From: Octopus vulgaris
Lineage: Eukaryota
Direction of reading: 5' to 3'
Assembly (NCBI GenBank): GCA_951406725.2
Contig: OX597815.1
Location: 210,800,001-210,864,000 of the forward strand
DNA length: 64,000 nt
In this document: positions 13,015 to 26,735 of the stretch, piece by piece
How positions within the stretch are numbered: position 1 is the first letter of the stretch
How the letters are laid out: each line of letters starts with the position of its first letter
Notes under the pieces: generated by a model
Databases searched by the model: none
What the model saw: the letters and a program-made list of their open reading frames with translations, nothing else
What the model was told of the DNA's origin: nothing
Translations under genes and position numbers: made by a program

Positions 13015-13176
13015 ATTTGTTATATTTCGGAATGGTCATTTTGCCAGTTTAGCCAATAAAAACACACGCACTATATATTTGGTGTTATTTTGCTTCAGTG
13101 TTATTTATTTTTTACATTAATCTTAATCTTATTTCGGCCAGAGTTCTTTCGTCACACTCCTGTGACCGCATATGGA
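13015..13176 (-). mobile_element. Penelope pLTR-like short repeat with decayed hammerhead (paralogue of 54798-54960)
   Basis: Reverse complement aligns along its length to 54800-54960; retains stem II GUCACA/UGUGAC and GAAAGAACUC-UGGCC, but the CUGAUGA core is damaged. Confidence 0.65.
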
Positions 13177-14029
13177 ATTTAACAGACATTAAATCATCTA
13201 ACCTCGAAAATTTTTTGAATGCTTACAGAAGGAACTGTTTCATCTTAAATCTACAAACTGCAGCAAATAGCAAACATATTGATTTACAAATGGTAATCCG
13301 TTCTACACAAATATTTTATATTGCGATATACTTATACATTTTGTACTTTAGGTTCCAGATTTAAACATCATATTTATGTACGAATTTGTGTATGCTGAAT
13401 TAGGCCTTAAGAGTTGATGAAAAAGCGGCGATAAAGATTAAATGCTTTAAAGAAGATTAAATCACATTAATTAGAAAAAGCTTTTAAAGGGATGCTCAAC
13501 AAGAAACATAGTCATTTGTGGCATATAAAAAATAGTTCACAGTAATCAATTATTCAAACGTTTTCGTATACTTCAATATTTTCTGACATATTTAAATATA
13601 AGTTTTCAAATAAATTCCATTAAATCTTACAGACAATCAACGAAACAGGAGGCATACTAATTGACCAAAACAGTTATTAAGATTTTAAAAAACAAAGAAA
13701 ATAAATTGGTGAGATTTTACTATATACGTGTATAGAGAGTGTGTTGTTGTATGTATGTAGAAAACGTATAATTACATACGTAGCGTAGTAAGCATTCATA
13801 TATGCATAAATGCGTATATACATTCATGTGTGCACGTGTGTGTATGTTTGTAGCTGCGTGTGTGTGTATGTGTGTGCGTGTGTGTGTGTGTGTGTACACT
13901 TTACATATAATAATTATGCGTATCTACGTCCCATTGGAAGCAGTTGGTAACAAGAAAAGTTTCATGTTGTCTCAAATATAAAAGAACATTAATCAGAAAC
14001 AATAAAGCAACAACAAAGTGAATAAGCAC

Positions 14030-14221
14030 AATGGCGATGAAGACGACGATGGTGACGACGATTGCGATGGTGACTGTGACAACGACGACGACGACGACGA
14101 CGACGCTGAAGACAACAAGGAAGATGACGATGAAGACAGTCAGGAGAATGGGGTGCCGTAAAACAAACACGATGATGACAATGATGGTAATGACGACGAC
14201 GATGACGATGACAATGATGAC

Positions 14222-14272
<51 letters not shown>

Positions 14273-14286
14273 GATGATGATGATAA
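14030..14286. repeat. Degenerate (GAC)/(GAT)n microsatellite
   Basis: Directly visible; explains the poly-M/T/V ORFs. Confidence 0.95.
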
Positions 14287-15402
14287 CCAGCTTAATAACA
14301 AACTACAATGGAGCACTTAAATTTATTACATTGCCACAGGTTAGTCGTTACAGAAAATATGCACTGAAATTTCTTGCTGAAAATTGCAATTAAAGTTTTA
14401 TACAATATCGAGACAACTTTATAATGGAAAGCATTTTCAGACATGTTAGCACACTCCATTTCACAAGAACTGTATTGAAAAGAAAAATAATAATGTAGAT
14501 AAGGTTTGCTAATCAAAAGAATATTTAAGTACGTACTTTGAATAGAAGTTTTACGGTACAAAGTCTTGTTTACAGTTACTGATGTGTATTTTTTTATAAT
14601 TCTTTAATAAAAATAAAAGCTTCAATTTCTTTGGCATGAAATTTACTTTGAAACATTTTTTCATCAAGTGCAGCTTTTGCTCATAAAATAATGATGCAAG
14701 TGTTTAAAAAAATGTATTAACTATATTTTGATAGACGTTTATGCAGAAGTTTGATTTGTAAAACGTAAATTTTTAAGAAATGTAATTATGTAAAAAAAAA
14801 GTATATATATTTTTCGTTTCTGAAAGACAAAACAGTTAAAGATAATATTCATCAAAATATATCGTTTCTACCATTTCTTAACAAATAATTTTTAAAAGTT
14901 TAAAATGAACACAAAACGAAAATTGTTCTTAAGAGGACGAATATGTGTAAGGCTTTTGTGAATTCAAAAGAATCACTCAAAGAAAGGAATTTAACAGGAA
15001 TTTTATTAATAATCTAGCAAGGATATAAGAAAGTCGTTACAAAATAATGGCAGCTACAAAATTTGAGGTTTCTAGCAATTTTAAATATTTTTATATTAAA
15101 ACTTTTAAATCTTGTTTAAAAAATACTTTTTATTCGCTATAAGAATGACAACACACCAATACTTGCATAAAAATGTCTTTTTTTATCTTTAGCGCAAAAC
15201 CATAAACTGATCAACCTTTCCATTTATCTGTTCGAGATGGATATGTTGTAGAATGCATGTTATATCATGAGAATTTCACGCACATAGACACAGATACATA
15301 CATACGCAAATATATATGTGTGCGTGTGTGCGTTTATGTGTGTGTATACACATATGTATACATGTATGTATGCATGAATGTATGTCTAAATATCTATCTA
15401 TC

Positions 15403-15449
<47 letters not shown>

Positions 15450-15599
15450 ATATATATGTATACATATGCATATATATATACATATTCATATAATTATATA
15501 TATATATATATACACATATGTATGTATGTATATATGTATGTGTATGTCTGTCTGTATGTATGTATGTAAAAAGACAAAATATTTAGCGATTTTTTTTTG

Positions 15600-15737
15600 A
15601 TGTTCAAGTTCCGCTAAGGGTAACATTCATCTTTTCGGGGTCGATAAAATAAACATCAGTTGAGCACTGGGGTCGATGCAATCGACTTACCCACTACTCC
15701 GGTATTGCTGGCCTTGTGCCAAAATTTGAAACCAGTA
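15600..15737 (+). mobile_element. SINE family B partial copy
   Basis: TTCATCTTTTCGGGGTCGATAAAATAA...CACTGGGGTCGATGCAATCGAC...GCCAAAATTTGAAACC. Confidence 0.85.
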
Positions 15738-15763
15738 TATAAACACACACACACACATGTATG

Positions 15764-15828
<65 letters not shown>

Positions 15829-16994
15829 ATGTGTGTATGTGTGTGCGTCTGCGTGTGTGTGTAAGCGTTGATATTTAACCTATTTCCGAAAGAATCCTTA
15901 TAAAATTTCTCACTCAGATTAATAAGAAACCAAATATATTACATGAACAAATACTGTTGCCCCTATTCCCTGGAGGTAAAACAGGGATGCCAAAAATGTG
16001 ATATAGGGAAGCTGCAATTTTTAATGGAGTAACAATTACGCATCGCTGTTAATGTGATGTACAGAATCTGTTTTTCACGTCAAACTCTGTTCTCCTTTCT
16101 CCCACCTTTTTTCTCCTTGATTATTTCACATTTGTTTTATTTTCTACATATCAAAGTTTCAACAAGCAAACCGCCACATACACCACTGATGGTTCATTAC
16201 AAATTTCACGTAACTGCTATATGCACCACCAGTAGTACATGTTCGAAATTTGAGATAATATTTTATTCTGTATCTTTGACATGGTTTCGAGGATATTTAT
16301 ATGAATGTTAAAATATTAAAATTTAATTATGAAATATTGTAAAAATGTAAGAAGGAAAATACATTTCCTTTCGAGTAATCAGTGTGTAGCGTGACCGCGC
16401 GAAATACGTGCCGTCGCCGGTAGGTTCCCGCAACAAGCTTTCGTGGTTCATGTGTTAATGTCAATATTTGTTAACTTTTGCAATGCTTGAATATATTCTA
16501 AGTTTTTATAAGACATAACGTTCTTTTTTATTCAGAAAGCATAATATCTATATATTTTTTAAAGAATAAATAGTTTTAAGCGTGAAGCAATGGAACAATA
16601 ATTTAGTGTCAATCTTTCAGAGTATTACAACTTTGTATAAGTGTTTGAAAAATTATCTTTAAATAAGTGATTTTATAAAAACAAAAGTTATATAAATTAC
16701 CTATGTTTTTTGTGCATGTGTGCATGCGTCTCTCTATGAAATATATTCTTAACGATACATTTTGAGCATTTTAAAGTAAACATGATTTCATACTGATATA
16801 TGTACATATTTAAGTGTGAAACAATGAAAAAATAAACTATTTCCCATCTTATACGTTATTTGAATAAGCTTCTGACTTTTACAGGATATGACATTTTAAT
16901 GACAATTTTGAATCGGCTATTTAAATCTGTGGCCGTTCCTTTACAATTTCCTCAATCCATATTCGTTCTGAGAAATCGATACATTTGCCTCACG

Positions 16995-18480
16995 TGTCTG
17001 TGCAGTATACATAGAAGCTTGCCAGAGAAACTATTTCTTAGAAGATGATGGGCACTCAAGCAGTTTCTTGGAAGAGACTGCTTTTTCTCGTTTTCTAAAC
17101 AAGACACAGAACAATTTTGCTATATGTTGTGCCTACTCATTATCCATATTTTGGGTCTGATCTTCAGGTCATCATAATTGGAGAGTTATTGTATCAATCT
17201 GTATAAATTTAAAATATCTAAAGTTTACCTGTCATGTGTAGTCCACATGTAGAGCACATTGAAAATACTGTACAGTTTCATTGCTAGTTCCAGTACAAAC
17301 TGCTGCTGCAACTAAGAATCGAAAGATTCTCTAGGCAACCGGTTTGGCATTCAACAATTGGATCAGTATGTCCACCAAAATACATCGCTCCAGGTCAGAA
17401 TTAAAACAAAAAATAAGATTGTCTGCAACGCTCAGACAGTCTGTGATATCTGGCAAAGGAGTAACAAGATTCTGAATGCTATATAGGCAAACGATCTGGT
17501 GAAAAAAGAATCTGAAACAAACAAAGCTATGGGATGAGTGTACAATGTCTCACAAGCTAGCATTTAATTCTCTTGATCTCACCTTACAAGATGTAACTGA
17601 AATATCATCGGTGATCTGACAGCACTACTGTCTGGTGATGTGAGAAGAAATCCGCCAGTCATTTCATTTACACCTGCTGGTGAGTTGGGAAAATACTTCA
17701 AAGAAATATATATTTACAGACGACCGGAAAACTTCATCTTAACCAACATAATGGAGATACCTCAGCCGCCCAGTTTGTCAAAACTTTACTTTAATTGAGA
17801 GTAATGAACAGCTATTGGTTGATATTGAGAATGATGTCAAAATACAAACATGTGTCTCTTAATCTTGAAAGAAACTTTTAAAATGCTATTGAAAAATTTG
17901 TCCAATCCCTTTACAGTATTAGAGAAACTATGCATGACTTTTTAAATGAGTCGTCTTAGATCTCAGAAATGGTGTTGTATAGGATATTATTAACGCCACG
18001 ATCCTTCAACAAGTCTCGACCGAAACTTGATGGTTCAATTTAGCTCACGTTGTCGTTGATGTTAACAATATGGCCAACAATCTAATTGAGATTTTCACTC
18101 ATTAACATCATCAATCACAATTTGTTATTGAAGATAGGTGTATCCATCATCTGGCTACGAAATTCGGATGCACCAAAACTATGCAACTGGATGAAAACTC
18201 AACAGCTAGCCAATATTATGGCCAGTTGTGTGATTGCGGATGTCTTTATTCCACATGTTCGTACCATGGCATCAGGTATGTCACTTCATTTCGAGTACCT
18301 TCGTTTGTGGATTCATTGCTTTTCCAGTGACCACCAACAAATCTAGATGCAGTCACCCGACGTTTATGGATTTGAATTGATTTCGTGTTTACCGTGCTTA
18401 GTTGTATGTTGCATGCAAAAACACTTTTTCGCAAAAGCACGTCACTTCAAATCATGAACTACTGTCTGCGCCAGAGAACT
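16995..18480 (+). mobile_element. Decayed Helitron Pif1-type helicase region (pseudogenised)
   Basis: Collinear motifs EACQR..LEDD, LWDECTMSHKLAFNSLDLTLQD, LLSGDVRRNPPVI, HNLLLKIGVSIIWLRNSDAPKLCN, DVFIP, TTNKS, LYVAC; multiple stops and frameshifts. Confidence 0.88.
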
Positions 18481-18739
18481 TGCTGAATAAAATGCATTTC
18501 TCTTAGAATAGTTTATTTTATGCATGTAGTGTATGAGTATATACATACATTCACATCCCTCAACCACTGCACGAGATTATTACGAGAAACCCTCCTCCCT
18601 TCTCTTTAAGGTAAGTCATTCAAATATCATAATCTGTTCCTAATTCTACCGACAGTTGAAATATCTTTAGATAATGTATTCTCTGATAATATATTATCTA
18701 AATATAACCCGTCCTCTCTACACTCGCCTAAACAGTCCT

Positions 18740-19060
18740 AGATATAGCATCTTGATATTCCCAAATGCTTGCTATCTTTACCAATCTAAAATGTTGTTTT
18801 CCTTAATTGCATTGCAATCGTGATAATATAATCTCGAATCAGCTCCGTTCTTATTCACTTCTATGTATTACTAACAACATATGAATATTGCTGATCTCTT
18901 CTAAAAGTTTGGTTGAGAATTGCATTGAGGGAAAAGCTCTTAACATTTCCCAGAATATGGTGACAGGCAAATAATCACGGTAGTGACTATTATTTCTGCA
19001 TGCTTGAAATAAAGGTTAAAGGAATGCATTTGTTCAATTGAATTTGGAGAAAGTAGCGTA
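18740..19060 (-). mobile_element. Non-LTR reverse transcriptase remnant
   Basis: DYLPVTI...LRAF..AIL and LD...AFGNI (cf. NYRPIT and LD..KAFD.V); very decayed. Confidence 0.4.
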
Positions 19061-19619
19061 CTACTCCCTACTGGAAAGAGAATGTATTCAAGGTTTGTTT
19101 GCTATCTGCTTTAATGTTATTGGTGATTTGTCTTACTGCAAAAACGTGATTGGTTTGCTTACTGTAACATCATCCCATGAAATGGCGACTTTTATTTGAC
19201 AGGTTAGTTCCAAAGATCAGAGCAAGAAAATTTATTTCCCAAAGGAAAATAGTATCTTTCTCTACTTTTAGTAAACTCTTTGCTAATATTTTCGATATCT
19301 GCTTGACAAAATTAACTTTACAAATTATAAGTGAAAATTAGAAGGTATGTCAAGATATTAGCTTTTAGGCTTTCTTTATGAGGTGAAATTTTAAAACGTT
19401 ATAATGTGTTTTTCGCTCATGGGATTGTAGGGCTGCAGGAGATCCTAACTGGAAGTTAAGTAGTGGGATGTATGCTTGCATATATGTTGAAATTTAAGCT
19501 GAAATGTAAAATCTTGTAACGGCATCCATGCTGTTGATTTCACTCTATTCCCGAATTGCATTTTATGTATTTTTAACTTAAAACTTTACTAAGGTAATAC
19601 ATGTGATTCCGGAGGAAGC

Positions 19620-20840
19620 TGATCTGGTTTCCTAGACGATAATGACCAAGCATGCCTTCTGTTCAGGAAGAAGCGGCTTTGCACAGCTTCCTTAGTATTA
19701 TGATCGAGTGCTGAAACAACTTATGTACCGCACACACGTACATGTGTTATATTTCAATTTTGCAAAGGCTTTTGATAAGGTTGATCAGAAAGACATTTGA
19801 TAAGACAGACAATATGTCACAAACTACAAACTCGTCATAGAAAACTGATTGGTAACATAACGTTTTAAATGAGAGAAATCAGGCTGTACCAGCCAATGGA
19901 GTCCTTTCGAAGAAGACATTAATAACTAGTGGAGAATCTAAAGGACCTGTCTTGGAGCCGCTGCTGTTTGCTGTGCTCCACCTCGGACATACAGTCAGTT
20001 ACCCTTACTAACTATGCTGATAACGCAAAAATAGTGCAAGCAGTCAAGAATCTTCTAGATGCTAAACTTCTACAGAACGATCTAGATACCATATACAAAT
20101 GGACTGGAGAAAACAACATGCAATTTAATGCAGCAAAATTCCAAGCCATCCGTTAATATAGTAGAACGAAAATATTTTGGACCAAAAGGAGTGGCAATCC
20201 CAGAGTTAAACAGAGTACGTGACTTAATATGAACGGTGTTGCATCGTTTCATGCACATATCACCATGAAGATGGCAATGTTCTGGCAAATGGCTAGATTG
20301 ATTCAAAGAACTTCCAGAATAAGGGTGAAGGAGTAGAATCCTTGTCTGTAGAAAGACATCTGTTCTCAGCCATCTTGACTAATGTTCCTAACTATGATCA
20401 CCTCACAATGTCGATTTAATTATTGAACATGAGACAATTCCGCGTTACTATACAAAGAAATTTACGTCAATGAAAAATTTGTGCTACTAGCAGAAACTCA
20501 AAGAATACGACTCTTTTCTCAGGAGTGATGACGAACGAGATGTGCAATGATATACATGTATAAGATTCTAGAGGGAATGGCACCAAATTTTGGCATCGAG
20601 AATTGTACTAGCCTCCGAACAGGCTGCCACTGCACAGTTCTAAAAGTGGAACTCATTCCTTCTAGACTGAGGACTAGGTACATCAATAGCTTTGAATTCA
20701 AAAGCCCGCAGCTATTTAATATCTTGCCCCAAACATCTACTTCCCACTCTGTGGGAGCTAGATGTTTTCAAGAGAAGCACCTTGTGTTTCTGCAGTTCAA
20801 GATCCCAATTGAACCTACGTCATGGCATGAAATCTAATCA
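19620..20840 (+). mobile_element. Old CR1-type LINE ORF2 fragment (RT to C-terminus)
   Basis: YFNFAKAFDKVD, LEPLLF, YADNAK, LQNDLDTIYKW..ENNMQFNAAKF, IYMYKILEGMAPN, PQLFNILP; broken reading frame. Confidence 0.9.
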
Positions 20841-22140
20841 AAGACTGTAATATAGACTCTCACATTCGCGAAAAAGTAACCACATAGGAATGGCCATTGG
20901 AGATGAGATAGGAATGGCAGTGCGTCAAAATTGCTGCAGCTTTTCGGCCAAAGTGCAACACAAAATAAAAGAACAACTGTGTGTGTAAACGTACATCTAT
21001 ATATAGGCTTTCACACACACAGTATATGCGTGTATATATGTTTGTTTAACACAAAATTCCTTATAAATCTAGTCGAGTTATCTCTCTCTATAGAATCCTA
21101 AAGAGAAAGAAATACTACAAATCTTGTAAGAGCCGTGATTATATAAATAAGTAAATATTCTTCCACGTGGAAGAATATGTTGTTTTAAATTGTGAACCAC
21201 CGCTTCTTTTATATAGAGACACATAACAAATATATATCTACGTATGTATGTGTGCATATAGATAGATAGATAGATAGATAGACAGATAGATAGACAGATA
21301 GATAGAAATATCTATAATAACTGTACGTTTCGTAACATTTTAAAATGCGTATGTGATAAATATGCGTGTATGTAACTGTGTGTGCGTATGTTTGTAGGTA
21401 TAGGTAGGTAAGTATATGTGCATATAGATTCTTATTTGCTTATGTACACAGCTAAATACATGATTTTGTGAAGTGCTGAATATTTCTCTTCAATGAGATT
21501 TTAATTATTACATTTTTGCATTCATTTTTATTTCAATCTCCAGGCAAGGATTAAATTTGAAAACTTAATATGAATACTATTTAGATATTTCATATGTTTA
21601 AGGTGATATAAAATGCATTTTCATATTGATAACTTTTCCTTTATGTCCTTTTAATATTTATTTCATATTTTTTTATATCTCTCTAAATGGGTTTTCCAGC
21701 ATATGATTTATTGCTTGAAGCAAGAAATTATGATAAGTTATAATAATTAAAATCTACAATTACTACATAAAAGCAATGGATTCCAAATATACGCAGCAAC
21801 ATTTTTGTTGCTTTTAAATTCTTATTCATCTATAAATAGGATTTTATAAACTAAATGATAATAATTTTTCATTATGCTCACACTTTGATCAAATCTATTT
21901 AGTATTGTTTTTCTCCACGCTGGAAATTTTGTAGTCGACAATGTAACAACGCAAAATACTCTATGAGCAAGAAAGAAACAAAATTATAGACAGATGGGTA
22001 GACAGATAGAGAGAGTTGAAAGACAATATGCATACAAGTGGAAATAAGAAAAAATGCAATAGTTTGTTAATTATAATGTAAGTGAATAAATGAATATGAT
22101 ATTTAAATGTGAATACATATATATATAAATATACATATAT

Positions 22141-22173
<33 letters not shown>

Positions 22174-22206
22174 TACAAATATATAATATATATATGTGTA
22201 TGTATG

Positions 22207-22263
<57 letters not shown>

Positions 22264-22684
22264 GGACAGAGGGAGAGAGAGATTAAGATGGAAAATGTTT
22301 TGATTTTGTTAATTGTGAATTAATTGAGTATATCTGTGCTTATAATAATAATAGTTTCAGCGTTGTTTATGCTTATCTACACATTTACATTAATAATTGC
22401 TGCATTGCAGTATATCGCAAAATCATAATTCCTTAGAATATTAAACTGGATACTAGAATTAGAAAATAAAAAATATGCTTTTTTTAACGAACCTTCACTT
22501 CAGAATTCGAGTTCAGTATGAACATTTTCACAAGAAATGCTTGTAAAGGTTGCTAATACTTGATCAATAACGGCTGTCCTCAAGAACTATAATACTGGAA
22601 GATTTTTAAGATACGGTATAAACAGATAGTGTAACACTAAACTGTTTGAGTATAAAATGTCACACATATATATATATATTAAAA

Positions 22685-22980
22685 GGAGCACTCCGTCGGT
22701 TACGACGACGAGGGTCCCAGCTGATACGATCAACGGAACAGCTAGCTCGTGAAGTTAACGTGCAAGTGGCTGAGTACTGCATAGACACGTCTACTCTTAA
22801 CGTAGTTCTCAGGGAGATTCAGCATGACACAAAGTGAAATACAGGTACTACTCATTTTTGCCAGTTGAGTGGACTGGAGCAATGTGAAATAAAGTGTCTT
22901 GTTCAAGGACACAACGCGTCACCGGGAAATGAGCTTATGATCCTGAGCCGATTGCAATAACCACCAAGCCACACGCCTTC
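22685..22980 (-). mobile_element. tRNA-derived SINE family C
   Basis: Head GGCGTGTGGCTTGGTGG at the right end, central GTGTCCTTGAACAAGACACTTTATTTCAC; aligns with 44190-44502. Confidence 0.85.
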
Positions 22981-23079
22981 ATATATATATATATATATAT
23001 ATATATGTTTAATTGAGGAAAGTCTTACGTAACGCATGCATTTTGTATTATATTTTACGCAAACCTGAAATGTACGTAT

Positions 23080-23433
23080 GGGGCTCAATCACATATTGCG
23101 GCACTTTGGGCGTTTCCTACTATAGCCTCAGAAGGACAAAAGTCTTGTGCGTATTTGGTGGAGAGAAACTGAAAGAACATCGTCGCATATATATGTATAT
23201 ATCTATGTGTGTATATTTGCGTTCGTACACCCGCCTCCACGTGAAAACCGGTCTTGGTTTTTTTCACGTCCCCATAATTTAACGATTTGGTAAAAGAAAC
23301 CCGATAGAATAAGTATCAGATTTTTAAAAAAGAATAAGTACTGGGATCGATTCGTTCGATTAAAACCTTTCAAGGCGGTACCCCAGCATGGCTACTGTCC
23401 AATAATTGTATCATAAACGGTGAAAGATAAAGA
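23080..23433 (+). mobile_element. Diverged SINE family A relative
   Basis: GGCACTTTGGGC...CTACTATAGCCTC...GAATAAGTACTGGG...GGCGGTACCCCAGCATGGC. Confidence 0.75.
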
Positions 23434-23467
23434 TATTTATATGTGTTGTATAATGTATAGAAATAAT

Positions 23468-23688
23468 ATGATGGTTTCAAGTTTTGACACAATGCCGGCA
23501 AGTTCGGAAGAGGGTGTAAGTCGGTTACATCAAACATCAGTACTGAACTGGTACTTATTTTATCAATTCCAAAAGGATGAAGGCCAAAGTGAACCTCAGC
23601 GGAATTTAAACCCAGAACGTAAAGACGGACGAAATGCCACTAAGCATTTTCCCTGGCGGGCTAACGATTCTGCCAGGCTAGCTCCTTA
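23468..23688 (-). mobile_element. SINE family B copy
   Basis: Reverse complement carries head GAGCTAGCCTGGCAGAATCGTTAGC and the family central motif. Confidence 0.85.
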
Positions 23689-23936
23689 ATAGAAGTCATA
23701 TATTGATATATATTTGTTTCTGTCATCATTTGCCATTGTCTGGTCGTGGTGGAGAATTATCTTCAAGGAAATAATTGGTATTATTTACAACAATAGTTTT
23801 ATCTCTTTCAGAAAGACGAGAAACTAAGTCGACGTGGCATGCTTTGAGCCCTGAAAATAAAGGGGTGTAACCAAACACCATACGCTCTTTTATATTCGAG
23901 ACTCGAATGATTTTACTGATTTCACTATATTTAGAG

Positions 23937-24172
23937 TGGAGGCACATGGCCTAGTTATTAGAGCAGCAGACTCGCGGTCGAGGGATCGCGTGTTCGAATC
24001 TCAGACCGGGCGAAGTGTGTTATTATTAGCGAAACACAGCTCCGGCAGAAGGTAATGGCGAACTTCTGCTGACCCGTTCGCCACAACTTTCTCTAACTCT
24101 TTCCTCTTGCAGCTCATCTGCGACGGACCGGAAACCGGCCCTCACGAGCCAGGCATGACTCGAGAAGGAACA
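23937..24172 (+). mobile_element. tRNA-derived SINE (distinct head)
   Basis: A box TGGCCTAGTTA, B box GTTCGAATC; tail TGCGACGGAC..GAAACCGGCCC resembles the tail of the 41550 element. Confidence 0.75.
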
Positions 24173-24679
24173 GACATACTATATTTAGAAATGTCTTGTG
24201 AAATATTTCCTTCCGGTGTGGAAACTGTTGCACTTCCCAAGCCTTCTTTTACAAAGCCTCTTCCGCATAAAATACCTTGCAAGAAGTATTCAAACACATC
24301 GCCCGAATTGTTTAAAATAGCAGCGAGAATCTTTAAAATCATTCAATGGTATCTTAAATAATAATGGGAATATTGACCAATATAGTCTTAGATTTACAAA
24401 ATGGCAAATGGCTATGACTTCCTTCTATAGTAAGTCAGCTCGATAACAGCTAACCTGGTACAAAACAACAACAACAACCGTTGAAACGAAAACAGTAGCA
24501 TCAATAACAGCAACAAAGATATAACGCTGTTACTCAGATTTTACCTTCTGTTCCAAGAACTGCTTTGCGATGGACGAAGTATATTTATTCAAGAGAATAT
24601 TTGCTGGATAATAAGAATCGACGAAGATCCTGATAATGATAGGAAGAAAGTGAAACAGCTAATAATTCAGTGATGACGG

Positions 24680-25104
24680 GTTCTTGGTCTCAAGAATTTG
24701 TCTTGTGAAGAAAGGCTGAAGACGCTCAACCTTTATTCTCTAGAAAAACGACGACGCCGTGGTGATCTCATTCTCGCCCACAACATCATAAGCGGAAAGT
24801 GTAACCCCTCGAAGGAGCTGTTCTTCACTCCTGCTCCAGAGCGTTGGCTGCGGGGTCACTCCGAAAAGCTCTATCTGCAATGATTTCATCTCAATCGAAG
24901 GAGAGGAGCTTTCTCCGTCCGGGTCGCGGATCCGTGGAATAAGCTGCCGGACGAGATGGTAAAGATGCCGACGACCGCTCGGTTCAAAGTCTCCCTTGAC
25001 CACAAGTGGCCTGAACTCTTTACATGAACACCACTCTGTACATAACTCCATGTCCCCCTACATGGCTTTGCTTTTTGCTTTTTGAACCAAAAAATTAACT
25101 TAAC
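24680..25104 (+). mobile_element. Young CR1-type LINE 3' end (5' truncated)
   Basis: LSCEERLKTLNLYSLEKRRRRGDLI...LRGHSEKL..*..RRGAFSVRVADPWNKLP...FKVSLD; a single premature stop; short 3' UTR ending in TTAACTTAAC. Confidence 0.93.
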
Positions 25105-25959
25105 ATATGACTTCATTACACTTACAACAGGTAGATAATAAACCTGTTATTTATTCCATTTCTTTATTGCGTTTAACAGATGATGTATTAAATGAAATAA
25201 TTTCAACAAATTCCATACTTTTGATAACATATTGCTCCCGCATTCCAGTGCATTCACCTCGATATCGAAGCATGTTCATTTCTTCTCTGTATAATTATTC
25301 ACGTGCATGTACAAAACTAATTTACGGATGTTAAACTGATAATCTGATGAATATTTAAATAAGGTTGTTCGTATGGAAATGCATTTTCCTTCTACTTCCT
25401 TTCTTGTGTATACTTTATATTTATTTATTTCATTATTTATATAATTATATATTTGTTTTCCTGGGGTACTTTTCAAGCCAAATAGGAATATGCATAAATA
25501 TTTCATGAGATTTTTCTTTTTTCTTTTTTCTCATCAAACAGTGTTAACATGCAATTCCTCTTGTAAAAGGCCGGGCAATTATTTGAAACATGATAGCCTA
25601 AGTACTATCTAAAAAATTTATAATGATATAATTGCTTATTTATTTATTATTTTCATTGATCATTTATTATTGTTAGTTGTTTTATTTTATATTTTCTTTA
25701 AAAATTTCGGGATTAATATGAACATTCATAGCATCAGTTCTTTTTCATTTTTAAATATATTTTCATAATGCTTAATTTTTTCTTCAATTTTAATATTAAT
25801 GTAAGTTATGTTAAACACTTTGTATTTTTATTTTCATGCACGTAATTAAGTCAAATAATTAACGAAACATTTTAATATGATTTATGTTTGGTCTTCTGTT
25901 TTTGTATTTTTGTATTTTACGTAGAGCTTGCAGTGTCGTACAAATTTCATCAGTTGGCT

Positions 25960-26300
25960 GGAGATTAAAATTCTTTCGTTACCTTCCGAAAATTTCGGTT
26001 TCTCCAGTGGTGCTATCTCCGGGTAGCAACATTAATACTATCAAGGTTTCTCCATGTCTTTCTTAGTAAGTCTTTTACTGCCATTATTCAAGCTATCACC
26101 GCACCAAACTACGTCCTCTTGTAGCCCCTCCATATCTAAGCACTAGATTTGTTGTTTCACAACAACATTCCCACAAGAATCCTTAAGACCTCTACATTCC
26201 AGTCTCCTCATTTCACATACCCTCTCCATATTTTGCTCCGATTGCAGCTTTAACTCAGCAAACATTTCTTTTCTATCACGTTTATTCTTACTGCAATATG
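25960..26300 (-). mobile_element. Decayed Dong/R4-type LINE fragment
   Basis: DRK...MERVCEMRRLECRGL (cf. ERLY..R..GGRGL) and INVA./PGD...E.E (cf. IDVA.PGD of the RLE domain); RT-like sequence probably continues in 26740-27020. Confidence 0.5.
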
Positions 26301-26331
26301 ACAAGAAAAAATAAATAAAAATAAAAAAATA

Positions 26332-26735
26332 AGACGGAGAGCTGGCAGAACCGTTAGCGCGCCGGGCGAAATGCTTAGTGGTATTTCGTCTGCCGCTACG
26401 TTCTGAGTTCAAATTCCGCCGAGGTCGACTTTGCCTTTCCTCTTTCCGGGGTCGATTAAATAAGTACCGGTTACGCACTGGGGTCGATATAATCGACTTA
26501 ATCCGTTTGTCTGACTTGTTTGTCCTCTCTGTGTTTAGCCCCTTGTGGGTAGTAAAGAAATAGGTATTTCATCTGCCGTTAAATTCTGAGTTCAAATTCT
26601 GCCAAAGTCGACTTTGCCTTGCATCCTTTAGGGGTCGATTAAATAAGTAGCAGTTAAGCATTGAGGTCGATGTAAACCCTTTATTTGTCCTTGTTTGTCC
26701 CCTCTATGTTTAGCCCCTTGTGGGCAATAAAGAAT
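26332..26735 (+). mobile_element. SINE family B, full head, internally dimeric
   Basis: Head GGAGAGCTGGCAGAACCGTTAGC, then two tandem body units each starting GGTATTTC.TCTGCCG. Confidence 0.92.
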
